64,000 bases of DNA from Mobula hypostoma (GCF_963921235.1 NC_086097.1:188296001-188360000), one strand, 5' to 3'. Numbered from the stretch's first letter, positions 28,648 through 41,526 are shown. Made by a program: numbers and translations. The notes: generated by a model not told the origin, from the sequence alone.

Positions 28648-29010
28648 AAGCAACACACAAAATTCTGGAGGAACTCTGCAGGCCAGGCAACATCTGTGGA
28701 AAAGAGTACAGTTGACATTTCGGGCTGACACCCTTCATCAGGACTGAAGAAAAAAAGATGAGGAGTCAGCGTTAGAAGGTGGGAGAGGGGAGGAAGAAAC
28801 ACAAGGTGATAGGTGAAACTGGGAAGGGGGGAGGGATGAAGTAAAAATCTGGGAAGTTTATTAGTGAAAGAGATAAAGGGCTGGAAAAGGGGGAACTGAT
28901 AGGAGAGGGCAGAAGGGCATAGAAGAAAGAAAAGAAGAGTACCAGAGGGGGATGATGGGCAAGCAAGGAGATAAGGTGAGAGAGGGGAAAGGGAATGGGG
29001 AATGGTGATG
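28648..29010 (-). mobile_element. Penelope-type terminal-repeat fragment
   Basis: gcaacacacaaaattctggaggaact...cccttcatcaggact plus a purine-rich tract whose complement resembles the pyrimidine-rich 3' region of the GIY-YIG element at 63519-64000. Confidence 0.7.
28709..28746 (-). ncRNA. Minimal type I hammerhead ribozyme motif (CpG-decayed)
   Basis: Minus strand CAGTC-CTGATGA-AGGGtgtcagCCC-GAAA-TGTC-AACTG: conserved core CUGANGA/GAAA/UH, helix II, partial helix I. Confidence 0.65.
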
Positions 29011-30950
29011 AACCCTGAGGAACCCTGTCTTATGCTTTATCTTTCTTTCCTCATAGATAATAAGTGCCCACCCAGGAAACCTCCTGGTATATCTCTTCAG
29101 TACTTCCCCAGTATAATCACATCCTTCTCCAGAGCATGATGATCAAAACCTCTGCAAAACGTACCAGATGTGACTCAACTAATTACTTATATAGCTCTAT
29201 GATCTATCATAATCTCCTTTCTCTTATATGCTGTGCCCTGGCTAATAAAGCTAAATTTCCCAGATTCAATTTTAACTATCTTATCTCCTTGTGCTGCTGC
29301 TTTCAGAGATCCCTGGACAGATACACCAACTCTTCACTTCCCAGAGTCTTATAATTCACTATATATATCCAAGTTTCAGTGGTATTCCCAAAAAGTATCA
29401 CCTCACATTTTTCAGAATTAAAGTCCATCTGCTACTGCTACCCATATACCAATTTATTGGTATCGAACTGTAGCAAATGAGTTGCCCCCTCACAAGAGCA
29501 TCATTTCTGATATGATCTGCAAACTTAATAATCATACTTTCTGTGTCCATGCTCATCATCCTGGATCTCAAGGGATTTTTAGTTTTTGGATCGGTTTCCC
29601 ATGTGGAATTTTACTGGATCCATGTAGACTACATCAACTGCATTATCTTCATCAATATACTTACTTATGTTTTTGAAAGCTTCAGCCAAATTAGTCAAAT
29701 AGGAGCTCCTCATAGCAAAGCCATGCTGACAATTTGTGATTAATCCTGGCTATTTCAAATGAAAATGAATCTTGCCCCCCAGGTGTCAGGGTCACCAGCC
29801 TGTAATTACTTGGCTTATCACTGCTGCAGTTTTGGATGGAGATGCCACGTCAGCTGCCTGCTATTATTTAGCCCTCCCTAAATTCATAATCTTTCTCTAT
29901 CATGAATTGCAATCAGAAGTATTTATATAAGACTTCATCTATAATCTCTGATTCCACGCACAGATTGCAATCATCAATAGGCCTAAAATTTACCTGAATA
30001 TCCTCATGCCTCTTACATACCAATAAAGCTCTGAGATTCTCCTTATTCTTAGCCACAGTTTTCGTCCTCCTGTTTACTGTCCAACACCTGTAAATATTTT
30101 GAAATTTTCAACAATTTTTCCACCAGATATCCAACCAGATTTAGTGGCTAGCTGTGTGTCAGATTGGAAACAGGCTGGAGAGCAGGTATCAGATAATCCT
30201 GTAATGTAAAAAAGAGTGGGAGAGATAGGGTTAGAAAATGCAGTAGATATCAAAGGAGACTGGATGAGGATTGACCAATTGCTGGGCAAATAAGTAGCAT
30301 AATATGAGCTATATGGCGTACAATTCCACCATTAAAATTTCTGAAGCATTTTGGGTTTGGTGAGGAAGAATACAATTGCTCCTCCTACCCTACATGGATC
30401 CAATCCTTCTCACCTTTTCCCTACCAGATGCATTGAGAACAGAAACTCCCTGGACAATTCTTCTTGTCTTAAAAATAAGTAAATGCTTAAGGCAGTTAAG
30501 CATTATCAGACACACCAGGTATGCAAGCTGTCACTAAGATCGGCAGGAACATTGACATGCTGATTCAAAAAAGATTCAGGAGCTATTAAATAAAAAAAAT
30601 TATGACGATTAAAATTGGAACTATAGAAAATGCTTACAGACATTTAAAAACACGAAAATATGTTCAAATTAGCTGGTTGAGGTTAATTTCTTCCCTTTCA
30701 TTTCAGTGCAAGGCCTGTACTTCTACCAAGTACATTTGGAGTAGACTTAATGGATAGGTTTTCCAAAATTTGAGAAAGCTGTACTGCTTCTTTAGACTCC
30801 ACAAGTTACCTGGAACAGAAGGCCAAATTTCAGTCTGTGGTCCAAAATCCTGAACCTCAGCAATGTTAATTCATTTAAAGTTAATAGGTTGAAATCAGAA
30901 CAGAACAAGCTGGCTTTTGTACAGATATTCTGCCTCAATATTTTAACCTC

Positions 30951-32018
30951 ACGTGGCCTATCAGCGGCATCAACAGAGTTCTACAAGAGGGATTTCTCAC
31001 AGGTCAGCGGTGGTTATTTAAAAAGGGAGCTTCGAGAGCACTTGTCCATTGTTTGTGGCCTATCACCGGCACTGTCAGAGCTCTACCAAAAGTTCAAAGG
31101 TTCAAAGGTACAAATTATGTCAGAGAAATGTATACAATATACATCCGGAAATGCTTCTTCTTTGCAACCATCAATGAAAAGAGTGGAGTGCCCTAAAGAA
31201 TGAATGACAGTTAAATCTTAGAACCCCAAAGCAAAGCAACAGCAAAGACACAGACTTGCAGTTACCCCAAAGACTTCGCATTTCACCAGGTATTCGACAT
31301 ACCACAGGTTCTCTCTCTCCCTAATAATGGAGAAAGAGGTGTCTCCATTTTTGCAGCAAGTGGGGAGACATAACAAACAATTTGCGGGTTTACGAAGTTA
31401 AAAATCCGTTGCAGCACTTTTTTCGAGCTCTGTACCCAGAAATCTGGGCACACAACTGCAGATATTCCAATTCTCCCGACAACACACAGGTCTCCTGTCA
31501 TGACACCAAACCTCGATCCGCCTATCTCCAGAGCCCCAAGATCCTAGGCTTCCGAATCTGAGCCAGACTCTTAGGCTGGGCATTTGGCATGCCAAACAAC
31601 AATGGTCGGTTGTGAAATCCCAAGAGCAGGTTCCATTCCTGCAAAGAACCACAGTCAACGTGTAACTCCAGGTCAGGGTCTTCAAAAGAACCCTGAAAGG
31701 GAAAAATAGAGATATTAAATATGGAAATAGAACTGTTTCTGAAGATGCAAGCAAAGGAGTTGCTGTTAGGTGCCATTAACCCTCCTAAGCTCCGCCTCCT
31801 CCCCGTTTTACCGAGAGGGATTTCTTGTAGGTCAGGGGCGGTTATTGAAAAAGGGAGCCTCGAGGGCGTTTATCCATTGTACGTGGCCTACCAGCAGCAT
31901 CAGCAAAGCTTTACCAAGAGGGATTTCTCGCAGGTCAGCGGCGATCATTTAAAAAGGGAGCTTCAAGAGCAATTGTCCATTGTACATGGCCTATCAGCTG
32001 CATCAACAGAACTCTACG
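30951..32018 (+). repeat. 102-103-bp tandem monomer array (about 3.4 units) upstream of a CR1 ORF1, split by an insertion
   Basis: gtggccta at 30953/31055 and 31883/31986; gagggatttct at 30987, 31815 and 31918. Confidence 0.8.
31089..31807 (-). mobile_element. Non-autonomous short retroposon (Rex1-like tail) inserted in the monomer array
   Basis: (tttgaacc)n-like tail at 31090-31108; no coding capacity; the host monomer resumes after it. Confidence 0.6.
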
Positions 32019-32019
32019 A

Positions 32020-32848
32020 ACTAAATAAAAGTACAGAAGGGATAAGTGGAGTGGCCATTGTTGGAGTAGGCCAGTGGCGGGAGTAGAAGTGACAGGCTTT
32101 GGCTCTAACCAGGCCTCAGCTCAGAAGAGGCATCGGCTCTGCGTAAAGCTTCTGTTAAGGTTTCCTTTTTGTTTTTCTTTCCTCTCTTACTTTACCATAT
32201 AAATGGATGTGGTGTGTACTTTGTGCTGGATGTTGGAGTCTTGGGAGACTTAGAGTCTCCCAGGGAACTACATCTGCATGAAGTGCATCCGGCTGCAGCT
32301 CCTTACAGACTATGCTGGGGATCTGGAGCAGCAACTGAATGACCTTCAGCTTGTACGGGAGAGCAAGGATATAATTGATCAAAGTTACAGAGAAGTAGTC
32401 ACCCCAAAGTTATAGGAGACGAGTAGCTGGGTGACTATCAGGGGAAATGGAAATAGGCAGTTAGAGCAGAGCATCCCTGTGGCCATTCCCCTCAAAAACA
32501 AGTATCTGCTTTGGATACTTTTGTGAGGGATGACCTCCTGGGAGAATGCCACAGTGACCAGGTTACAGGCACTGACCAGGGGTCCGTGGTGCAGAAAGGA
32601 AAAAGAGAGAAGAAGGGAGTGGTAGTGATAGGGCTTGATAGTGAGGGGAACAGACAGAAGGTTCTGTGAACATGAATGAGACACCGGATGGTATGTTGCC
32701 TCCCAGGTGCCAAGGTCAGGGATGTCTCAGGTTGCGTCCACAACATTTTGGAGAGGGAGGGGGAGCAGCCAGATGACTTGGAACATATTGGTACCAATGA
32801 CATAGGAAGGAAAAGCAATGAGGTCTTGAAAAGAGAATTTAGAGAGCA
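32020..32848 (+). mobile_element. CR1 5' region: 5'UTR plus degenerate ORF1 (Cys-rich region and SGNH esterase)
   Basis: YICMKCIRLQLL, MVCCLPGAKVRDV and HIGTNDIG motifs; truncated by the next insertion. Confidence 0.85.
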
Positions 32849-32854
32849 TAATTT

Positions 32855-35800
32855 TCCCACAAAGCTGTGCTGAACATGTCCTTACCGGCAAAATTACCTA
32901 CGGTTACCCATAGCCCTCTATTTTTCTAAGCTCCATGCACCTATCCAGGAGTCTCTTAAAAGACCCTATCATATTCGCCTCCACCACCGTCGGTGGCAGC
33001 CCATTCCATGCAGTCACCACTCTCTGAGTGAAAACTTACCCCAACATCTCATCTGTACCTACGTCTAAGCACCTTAAAACTGTGCCCTCTCATGTGAGCC
33101 ATTTCAACCCTGGGAAAAAGCCTCTGACTATCCACACGATCAATGCCTCTCATCATCTTATACACCTCTGTCAGGTCACCTCTCATCCTCTGTTGCTCCA
33201 AGGAGAAAAGGCCAAGTTCACTCAACCTATTCTCATAAGGCATGCTCCCCAATCCAGGCAACATCCTTGTAAATCTCCTCTGCACCCTTTCTATAGTTTC
33301 CACATCCTTCCTGTAGTGAAGTGACCAGTACTCCAAGTGGGGTCTGACCAGGGTCCTATATAGCTGTAACATTACCTCTCAGCTCTTGAACTCAATCCCA
33401 TGGTTGATGAAGGCCAATACACCGTACGCCTTCTTAACCACACAGTCAACCTGCGCAGCACCTTTGAGTGTCCTATGGACTCGGACCCCAAGATCCCTCT
33501 GAGCTTCCAGACTGCAAAGAGTCTTCCCATTAATACTATATTCTTCCATCATATTTGACCTACCAAAATGAACCACCTCACACTTATCTGTGCCACTTCT
33601 CAGCCCAGTTTTGCATCCCATTGATGTCCCGCTATAACCTCTGACAGCCCTCCACACTATCCACAACACCCCCATTCTTTGTGTCATCAGCAAATTTACT
33701 AACCCATCACTCCACTTCCTCATCTAGGTCATTTATAAAAATCTCAAAGAGTAGGGGTCCCAGGACAGATCCCTGAGGCACACCACTGGTCACCAACCTC
33801 CAAGCAGAACCTGTCTATAGCCACTCTTTGCCTTCTGTGTTCAAGCCAGATCTGGATCCACAAAGCAAGATCACCTTGGATCCAATTGCTCCTTACTTTC
33901 TCAATAAGCCTTGTACGGGGTACCTTATCAAATGCCTTGCTGAAATCCATATACTGCTCTTCCTTCACCAATGTGTTTAGTCACATCCTCAAAAATTCAA
34001 TCAGGCTCATAAGACATGACTTGCCTGTGACAAAGCTATGCTGACTATTCCTAATCATATTATGTCTCTCCAGATGTTCATAAGTCCTGCCTCTCAGGAT
34101 CTTCTTCATCAACCCACCAACCACTGAAGTAAGACTCACTAGCCCATAATTTCCTGGGCTTTCTCTACTCCCTTTCTTGAATAAGGAAGCAACATGTGCA
34201 ACCCTCCAATCCTCCAGAACCTCTTCCGTCCCCATTGATGATGCAAAAATCATCACCAGAGGCTCAGCAATCTCCTCCCTCGCCTCCCACAGTAGCCTGG
34301 GGTAATCTCGTCCAGTCCCAGTGACCTAACCAACTTGATACTTTCCAAAAGCTCCAGCACATCCTCTTTCTTAATGTCTATATTCTCAAGCTTTTCAGTC
34401 CACTGTAAGTCATCCCTATAATCGTCAAGGTCCTTTTCCATAGTGAATACTGAAGCAACATACTCATTAAGTACCTTCACTACCTCCTCCAGTTCCAAAC
34501 ACACTTTTCCACCATCACACTTGATTGGTCCTATCCTCTCATGTCTTATCTTCTTGCTCTTCACATACTTGTAGAATGTCTTGGGGTTTCCCTTAATCCT
34601 ACTTGACAAGGCCTTCTCAAGGCCCCTTATGTCTCTCCTAATTTCATTCTTAAGCTCCTTCCTGCTAGCCTTATAATCTTCAAGATCTCTATCATTAATT
34701 TGAGGAAATTACCAGTAGGCTAGACAAGGGAGATGCAATGGATGTTGTATATTTGGATTTTCAGAAGGCCTTTGACAAGGTGCCACACATGAGGCTACTT
34801 AACAAGATAAGAGCCCATGGAATTATGGGAAAGTTACATATGTGGATAGAGCATTGGCTGATTGGCAGGAAACCGAGAGTGGGAATAAAGAGATCCTATT
34901 CTGGTTGGCTGCCGGTTACCAGTGGTGTTCCACAGGGGTCCGTGTTGGGGCCGCTTCTTTTTACATTGTGCATCAACAATTTGGATTATGGAATAGATGG
35001 CTTTGTGGCTAAGTTTGCTGACAATACGAAGATAGGTGGAAAGGCCAGTAGTGCTGAGGAAACAGAGATTCTGCAGAGAGACTTGGATAGATTGGAAGAA
35101 TGGGCAAAGAAGTAGCAAATGAAATACAATGTTGGAAAGTGTATGGTTATGCACTTTGGCAGAAGAAATAAACGGACAGACCATTATTTAAATGGAGAAA
35201 GAATTCAAAGTTCTGAGATGCAACGGGACTCGTGAGTCCTCATACAGGATACCCTTAAGGTTAACCTCCAGGTTGAGTCGGTAGTGAAGAAGGTGAATGC
35301 AATGTTGGCATTCATTTCTAGAGGAATAGAGTATAGAAGCAGGGATGTGATGTTGAGGCTCTATAAGGCGCTGGTGAGACCTCACTTGGAGCACTGTGGG
35401 CAGTTTTGGTCTCCCTATTTAAGAAAGGATGTGCTGACGTTGGAGAGGGTACAGAGAAGATTCACTAGAATGATTCTGGGAATGAGAGGGTTAACATATG
35501 AGGAATGTTTGTCCGCTCTTGGACTGTATTCCTTGGAGTTTAGAAGAATGAGGGGAGACCTCATAGAAACATTTCGAATGTTGAAAGGCATGGACAGAGT
35601 GGATGTGGCAAAGTTGTTTCCCATGATGGGGGAGTCTATTATGAGAGGGCATGACTTAAGGATTGAAGGGCGCCCATTCAGAACAGAAATGCGAAGAAAT
35701 TTTTTTAGTCAGAGGGTGGTGAATCCAATTAAACGTTTTCCTAACTTGTTTGTTCCTATGCCTCTCCAGTGTTATGGTAAAGGAGATAGAGTTGTGATCA

Positions 35801-36380
35801 CTATCTCCAAAATGCTCCCCACTGAGAGACTTGAAACCTGACCAGGTTCATTTTTCAATACCAGATCAAGTACGGCCTCTCCTCTTGTAGGCTTATCTAA
35901 ATATTGTGTCAGGAAATCTTCCTGAACACACCTAACAAACTCTACCCTATCTAAACTCCTTGCTCTAGGGAGATGCCAATCATTATTGGGGAAATTAAAA
36001 TCCCCTATCACGACAACCCTGTTATTACTGCACCGTTCCAGAATCTGTCTCCCTCTCTGCTCCTCGATGTCCCTGCTACTATTGGGTGGTCGATAAAAAT
36101 CACCCAGTAAAGTTATTGACCACCTTCCTGTTTCTAGCTTCCACCCACAGAGACTCAGTAGACAATCCTTTCATTACTTCCACCTTTTCTGCAGCCGTGA
36201 GAATATCTATGGTCACGTCCTCTCCTCTTTTGCCTCCCTCCCTGTCCTTTCTGAAACTTCTGAAGCCTACACCCTAAGTAGCCATTCCTGCCCCTGAGCC
36301 ATCCAAGTCTCTGTAATGGCCACAACATCATCACTCAAAGTACTGGTCCACGCTCTAAGCTCATCCACTTTGTTCATGTT
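32855..36380 (-). mobile_element. CR1 LINE ORF2 (same subfamily as 13589-17400), interrupted by a + strand CR1 fragment
   Basis: RT fragments 33049-34609; endonuclease fragments 35772-36380. Confidence 0.9.
34698..35724 (+). mobile_element. CR1 RT fragment (different subfamily) nested in an antisense CR1
   Basis: [21 protein letters not shown] and KFADN motifs; ORFs 34738-35115 and 35284-35841; no 3' tail. Confidence 0.9.
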
Positions 36381-36399
36381 ATATATTCATTAATATATA

Positions 36400-36780
36400 A
36401 CACAAAGAACAGAAGATCCAGAACTGATCCCTGCACAACACCACTGTTCATGGGCCTCCAATCTGACATACAAGCTTACACTACAAGATTCTGATTCCTT
36501 CCACCAAATCAATCTGGTATCCTATTGGATAGCTCATGCAATCTCACCTTTCAGAGCAGCTTACCATGTGGGACCTTGTTATAATCCTTGCTAAAGTCCA
36601 CGTGGACAAGCTCTACTACTCTGCCCTCATCAATCCTCTTGGTCACCTCTTAAAAAAAAAACTCAGTTAAGCTTGTAAAGCATGATTTCCCACACATAGT
36701 GCCAAGCTAACTATCCCTAATCAGTTTTTGCTTTTCCAAACGCCGATAGATCCTGTCTCTCAGAATCCTGCCACATAATT
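36400..36780 (-). mobile_element. Degenerate CR1 RT fragment
   Basis: Decayed QHGF/KAFD/GVPQG-like nucleotide sequence. Confidence 0.55.
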
Positions 36781-36934
36781 AGTCAGTAAATCCTGACTTA
36801 AGAACTAGAATTCTCAAACAATGAAAATGGCATTAAATATACAATAACAATTAATCTCTTCTGAGGATTGCAATCTTGTATATATTTTAGTGTTGTCTGT
36901 AATAAGTTGTGGCTTAAAGTGTGTTGGATCTAAT

Positions 36935-38781
36935 ATAGAAACATAGAAACATAGAAAATAGGTGCAGGAGTAGGCCATTCGGCCCTTCGAGCCTGCACCG
37001 CCATTTATTATGATCATGGCTGATCATCCAACTCAGAACCCAGCCTTCCCTCCATACCCCCTGACCCCTGTAGCCACAAGGGCCATATCTAACTTCCTTT
37101 TAAACATAGCTAATGAACTGGCCTCAACAGTTTGCTGTGGCAGAGAATTCCACAGATTCACCACTCTCTGTGTGAAGAAGTTTTTCCTAATCTCGGTCCT
37201 AAAAGGCTTCCCCTCTATCCTCAAACTGTGACCCCTCGTTCTGGACCTCCCCAACATCGGGAACAATCTTCCCGCATCTAGCCTGTCCAATCCCTTTAGG
37301 ATCTTATACGTTTCAATCAGATCCCCCCTCAATCTTCTAAATTCCAACGAGTACAAGCCCAGTTCATCCAGTCTTTCTTCATATGAAAGACCTGCCATCC
37401 CAGGAATCAATCTGGTGAACCTTCTTTGTACTCCCTCTATGGCAAAGATGTCTTTCCTCAGATTAGGGGACCAAAACTGCACACAATACTCCAGGTGTGG
37501 TCTCACCAAGGCCTTGTACAACTGCAGTAGTACCTCCCTGCTCTTGTACTCGAATCCTCTCGCTATAAATGCCAGCATACCGTTCGCCTTTTTCACCGCC
37601 TGCTGTACCTGCATGCCCACTTTCAATGACTGGTGTATAATGACACCCAGGTCTCGTTGCACCTCCCCTTTTCCTAATCGGCCACCATTCAGATAATAAT
37701 CTGTTTTCCTATTTTTGCCACCAAAGTGGATAACTTCACATTTATCCACATTAAATTGCATCTGCCATGAGTTTGCCCACTCACCCAACCTATCCAAGTC
37801 ACCCTGCATCCTCTTAGCATCCTCCTCACTGCTGACACTGCCACCCAGCTTCGTGTCATCCGCAAACTTGGAGATGCTGCATTTAATTCCCTCATCCAAG
37901 TCATTAATATATATTGTAAACAACTGGGGTCCCAGCACTGAGCCTTGCGGTACCCCACTAGTCACTGCCTGCCATTCTGAAAAGGTCCCGTTTATTCCCA
38001 CTCTTTGCTTCCTGTCTGCTAACCAATTCTCCACCCACACCAATACCTTACCCCCAATACCGTGTGCTTTAAGTTTGCACACTAATCTCCTGTGTGGGAC
38101 CTTGTCAAAAGCCTTTTGAAAATCCAAATATACCACAGCCACTGGTTCTCCCCTATCCACTCTACTAGTTACATCCTCAAAAAATTCTATGAGATTCGTC
38201 AGACATGATTTTCCTTTCACAAATCCATGCTGACTTTGTCCGATCATTTCACCGCTTTCCAAATGTGCTGTTATCACATCCTTGATAACTGACTCCAGCA
38301 GTTTCCCCACCACCGACGTTAGGCTAACCGGCCTATAATTCCCCGGTTTCTCTCTCCCTCCTTTTTTAAAAAGTGGGGTTACATTAGCCACCCTCCAATC
38401 CTCAGGAACTAGTCCAGAATCTAACGAGTTTTGAAAAATTATCACTAATGCATCCACTATTTCTTGGGCTACTTCCTTAAGCACTCTGGGATGCAGACCA
38501 TCTGGCCCTGGGGATTTATCTGCCTTCAATCCCTTCAATTTACCTAACACCACTTCCCTACTAACATGTATTTCGCTCAGTTCCTCCATCTCACTGGACC
38601 CTCTGTCCCTTACTATTTCTGGAAGATTATTTATGTCCTCCTTAGTGAAGACAGAACCAAAGTAATTATTCAATTGGTCTGCCATGTCCTTGCTCCCCAT
38701 AATCAATTCACCTGTTTCTGTTTGCAGGGGACCTACATTTGTCTTTATCAGTCTTTTCCTTTTTACATATCTATAAAAGCT
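36935..38781 (-). mobile_element. Young 5'-truncated CR1 LINE with uninterrupted RT ORF
   Basis: 586-aa ORF 37033-38793 with no stops and all RT motifs (FADD); (tttctatg)n tail. Confidence 0.97.
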
Positions 38782-39484
38782 GTCATATTTCACTTACGTT
38801 TGTGAATTAAATTTCTTAATGTATCAGTCAGCTAAACTGCACGTCAGGCACAATTTTTAGATGTATTGTAACCAGAGTAACATAATTCCACAGAGCAACT
38901 AACTCCTCCGTCAATGATTATTTATGTTCATATGATGTATTTGTGTAGCTCTGAGGAAAGTGTTATGACATTAACAGCAGCTTGTATTTTTGTACCACAT
39001 TTAACATTGCATGAACTTCCCAGATTCTTCACAAAAATATTCCCAAACAAACTTGGCCACAGTAATACTTTGGGAGTTAAGAACAAACAGACCAAAGATA
39101 GTGTGATTAGACATCAGCATGATTGAGAGACCAGAAGGAGAAAATTGCAGATATCTTGAAGAGTTAAAGTCTGGAGAAGATTACAAATGATCATGTATAC
39201 ATTTGAAAACAAAGATGCAAGTTTATTAATTTAAAGTTGTTAAATGAGGAGCCATTATATATCAGTAGTAAAGAGTACAAGGGATCTAGGACACATTAGT
39301 TCACAGGCAGCAGAATATTGAATAACTCAGTTTTAGATTGGTTGAAGTGCCTGGGACTGTCTAATTTACAAGAGCATATAAAGATGAATGTTTCAGTTTT
39401 GTCATACTGAAACAAATGTGTATTTGGGCATATTATTAAGGTTAAATCTAGACCTCGTTATTAAGTTCAATAAGTAGAAACAAA

Positions 39485-40155
39485 TTGCAATTGTATCCTC
39501 AACTTCCTAACCGGAAGACCACAATCTGTGTGGATTGGTGATGACATCTCCTCTTCGCTGACGATCAATACTGGTGCACCTCAGGGGTGTGTGCTTAGCC
39601 CACTGCTCTACTCTCTCTATACCCATAACTGTGTGGCTAGGCATAGCTCAAATACCAACTATAAATTCATTGATGATCCAACCATTGTTGCTAGAATCTC
39701 AGGTGGTGATGAGAGGGTGTAGAGGAGCAAAAATGCAAATTAGTGGAGTGGTGTCACAGCAACAACCTGGCACTCAACGTCAGTAAGACGAAAGACCTGA
39801 TTGTGGATTTCAGGAAGGGTAAGACGAAGGAGCACATACCAATCCTCATAGAGGGATCAGAAGTGGAGAGAGTGAGCAGTTTCAAGTTCCTGGCTGTCAA
39901 GATCTCTGAGGACCTAACCTAGTCCCAACATATGGATGCAGTTATAAAGAAGGCATGACAGCGACTATACTTCATTACAAGTTTGAAGAGATTTGGTATG
40001 TCAACAAATACACTCAAAAACTCTGTAGATGTACCGTGGAGAGCATTCCAACCTCACTGTCTTCTATATTATGTATTGTATTGAACAGCTGCCGCTAGGT
40101 TAACAAATTTCATGACACGTGCTAGTGATAATAAACCTGATTCTGATTCTGATTC
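39485..40155 (+). mobile_element. Rex1/Babar-type LINE 3' fragment
   Basis: [19 protein letters not shown] and KFIDD motifs; (ctgatt)n tail. Confidence 0.85.
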
Positions 40156-40535
40156 AAATGTTGAACTAAAACAAAACATTCTTGAAGAAAGAAAACAAAG
40201 GACCTGAAGTCAGTAATATTCTTGAATGATAGAAATGATATTTCTATCTGCATTTGAAGCTAAATAGGACTGATCAGTATTACAGAGAGTGCAATCCATT
40301 GCATATCAGGTTGATCAAAAAATACTGGGCTCAGATATTAGTTAAACACTCTTCAACTCCTGAGAGGGTGAAAATTATTAAATAGAATTGCATTTAAAAT
40401 TAACTATTTATTCCTCAATGACCATGTTTATTTATCGGAAACTCTTAAAAGATAACATTCTTCCAATCTACATGTGCAAATAGAGTCTCATCTTTGCTAA
40501 TTTACAATGTTATATATTTCTTAATTTCTTTTCAG

Positions 40536-40713
40536 AAAATTGTTTGCAAAAGATAAAGCCAAGAAAACTGAAGTCCAACAACCTCCCAATACAGGACTGT
40601 TGTTCCTAGTTCCACAAAGACCAGATACTCCCAAATTTTACCGTATCATGCTAGCTGCAATGAAGGGGAAAGGATTAGACCTTCTAAGTAAATTTAGGGA
40701 AACTGAAACCCAG
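40536..40713 (+). CDS. CNGB3: CNGB3 coding exon (178 nt): KLFAKDKAKKTEVQQPPNTGLLFLVPQRPDTPKFYRIMLAAMKGKGLDLLSKFRETETQ
   Basis: Pyrimidine tract and ttcag| acceptor, CAG|gtaata donor; phase 2/0 fits the previous exon; P..DTPK motif corresponds to the post-CNBD TPKLF region of CNGB subunits. Confidence 0.85.
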
Positions 40714-41383
40714 GTAATAAACCTACATTTATAATTTTTTTTTTGTTTTGAAGTATGGCAGCTGGAAAGTCAAAGTACAAAAACATTGAAAAATTATGAA
40801 TAGTCTTGATTCTGAATGTTAAACCAAAACCTTGACTATCCCTTTCGCTCTACAGATGCTGCTTGAATGCAACATAGCAACAGTGGCCAAATATAAGCAT
40901 GTAAAAGATATTTTAAAGATTTTACCAGCACTGAGGAAAAATTAATAAGTTAAGAGCAAGTAAAATGGTAAAAAAGTATAACTGTGGAGATTACCACAAT
41001 AACAAAGAAAATGTATCAAGATGAATAATGATGATGGTGAAATCTCAATGCCATTGTGCTTGTCGTTAAAGGCACATAACCAAACGATGCTGGATGCAAC
41101 ACCTGTTGGAACCAAAAATATAAAGCAATTTGCTCCCGCTGATAACGAGAGATTGGAAGGCAATGAATGTTCAAAAACTGAAGAAAAGGCCAGAACATGT
41201 GGTATGTATATCTTGCTGCTGAGTAATCAGGATAGATGTGTAACATAAACCTGTCATTATATCATTCATTTACATCATCAACCAAAGCAAACATACAGAT
41301 GTATAATCTCTATTTAATAATATCTAGTATCCAAGTAGTAACTGTACTCTCTACTCAAAATGTGACACTTTTCCTGTCTATAG

Positions 41384-41526
41384 AACAAGGAGACTCCAGT
41401 CATCCTCAAGCCAAACCTGAAGAACATCATTCACCAAAGCACCAATCAACATCCCATTCACGTGAGGTTGTCAGAAGCATGGATATGCAGAGTGCTGAAG
41501 ATTTTAATACCAACAAGGATAACTAA
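41384..41526 (+). CDS. CNGB3: Candidate terminal CNGB3 exon (phase 1: EQGDSSHPQAKPEEHH...FNTNKDN*)
   Basis: Good acceptor (cttttcctgtctatag); low-complexity charged peptide; the phase requires an upstream phase-1 donor such as 41201|gtatgt; no conserved motif recognised. Confidence 0.4.

Larger units (their letters stand above)
28320..29860 (-). mobile_element. Old degenerate CR1 fragment interrupted by a Penelope-type repeat
   Basis: CR1 3' end (catacagcatagaaac) and decayed RT-like sequence on both sides of 28648-29010. Confidence 0.5.

Noticed and set aside
30889..32086. Two ORFs sharing the peptide KRDFSQVSG..LKREL.E.LSIV.GLS
   Set aside because: Translation of the 102-103-bp monomer repeat; no protein homology recognised, so treated as a non-coding array
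37415..38119. + strand ORFs of 93-134 aa
   Set aside because: Antisense shadows of the CR1 RT frame; similar shadows occur at 8465, 9279, 10144, 14999 and 16806
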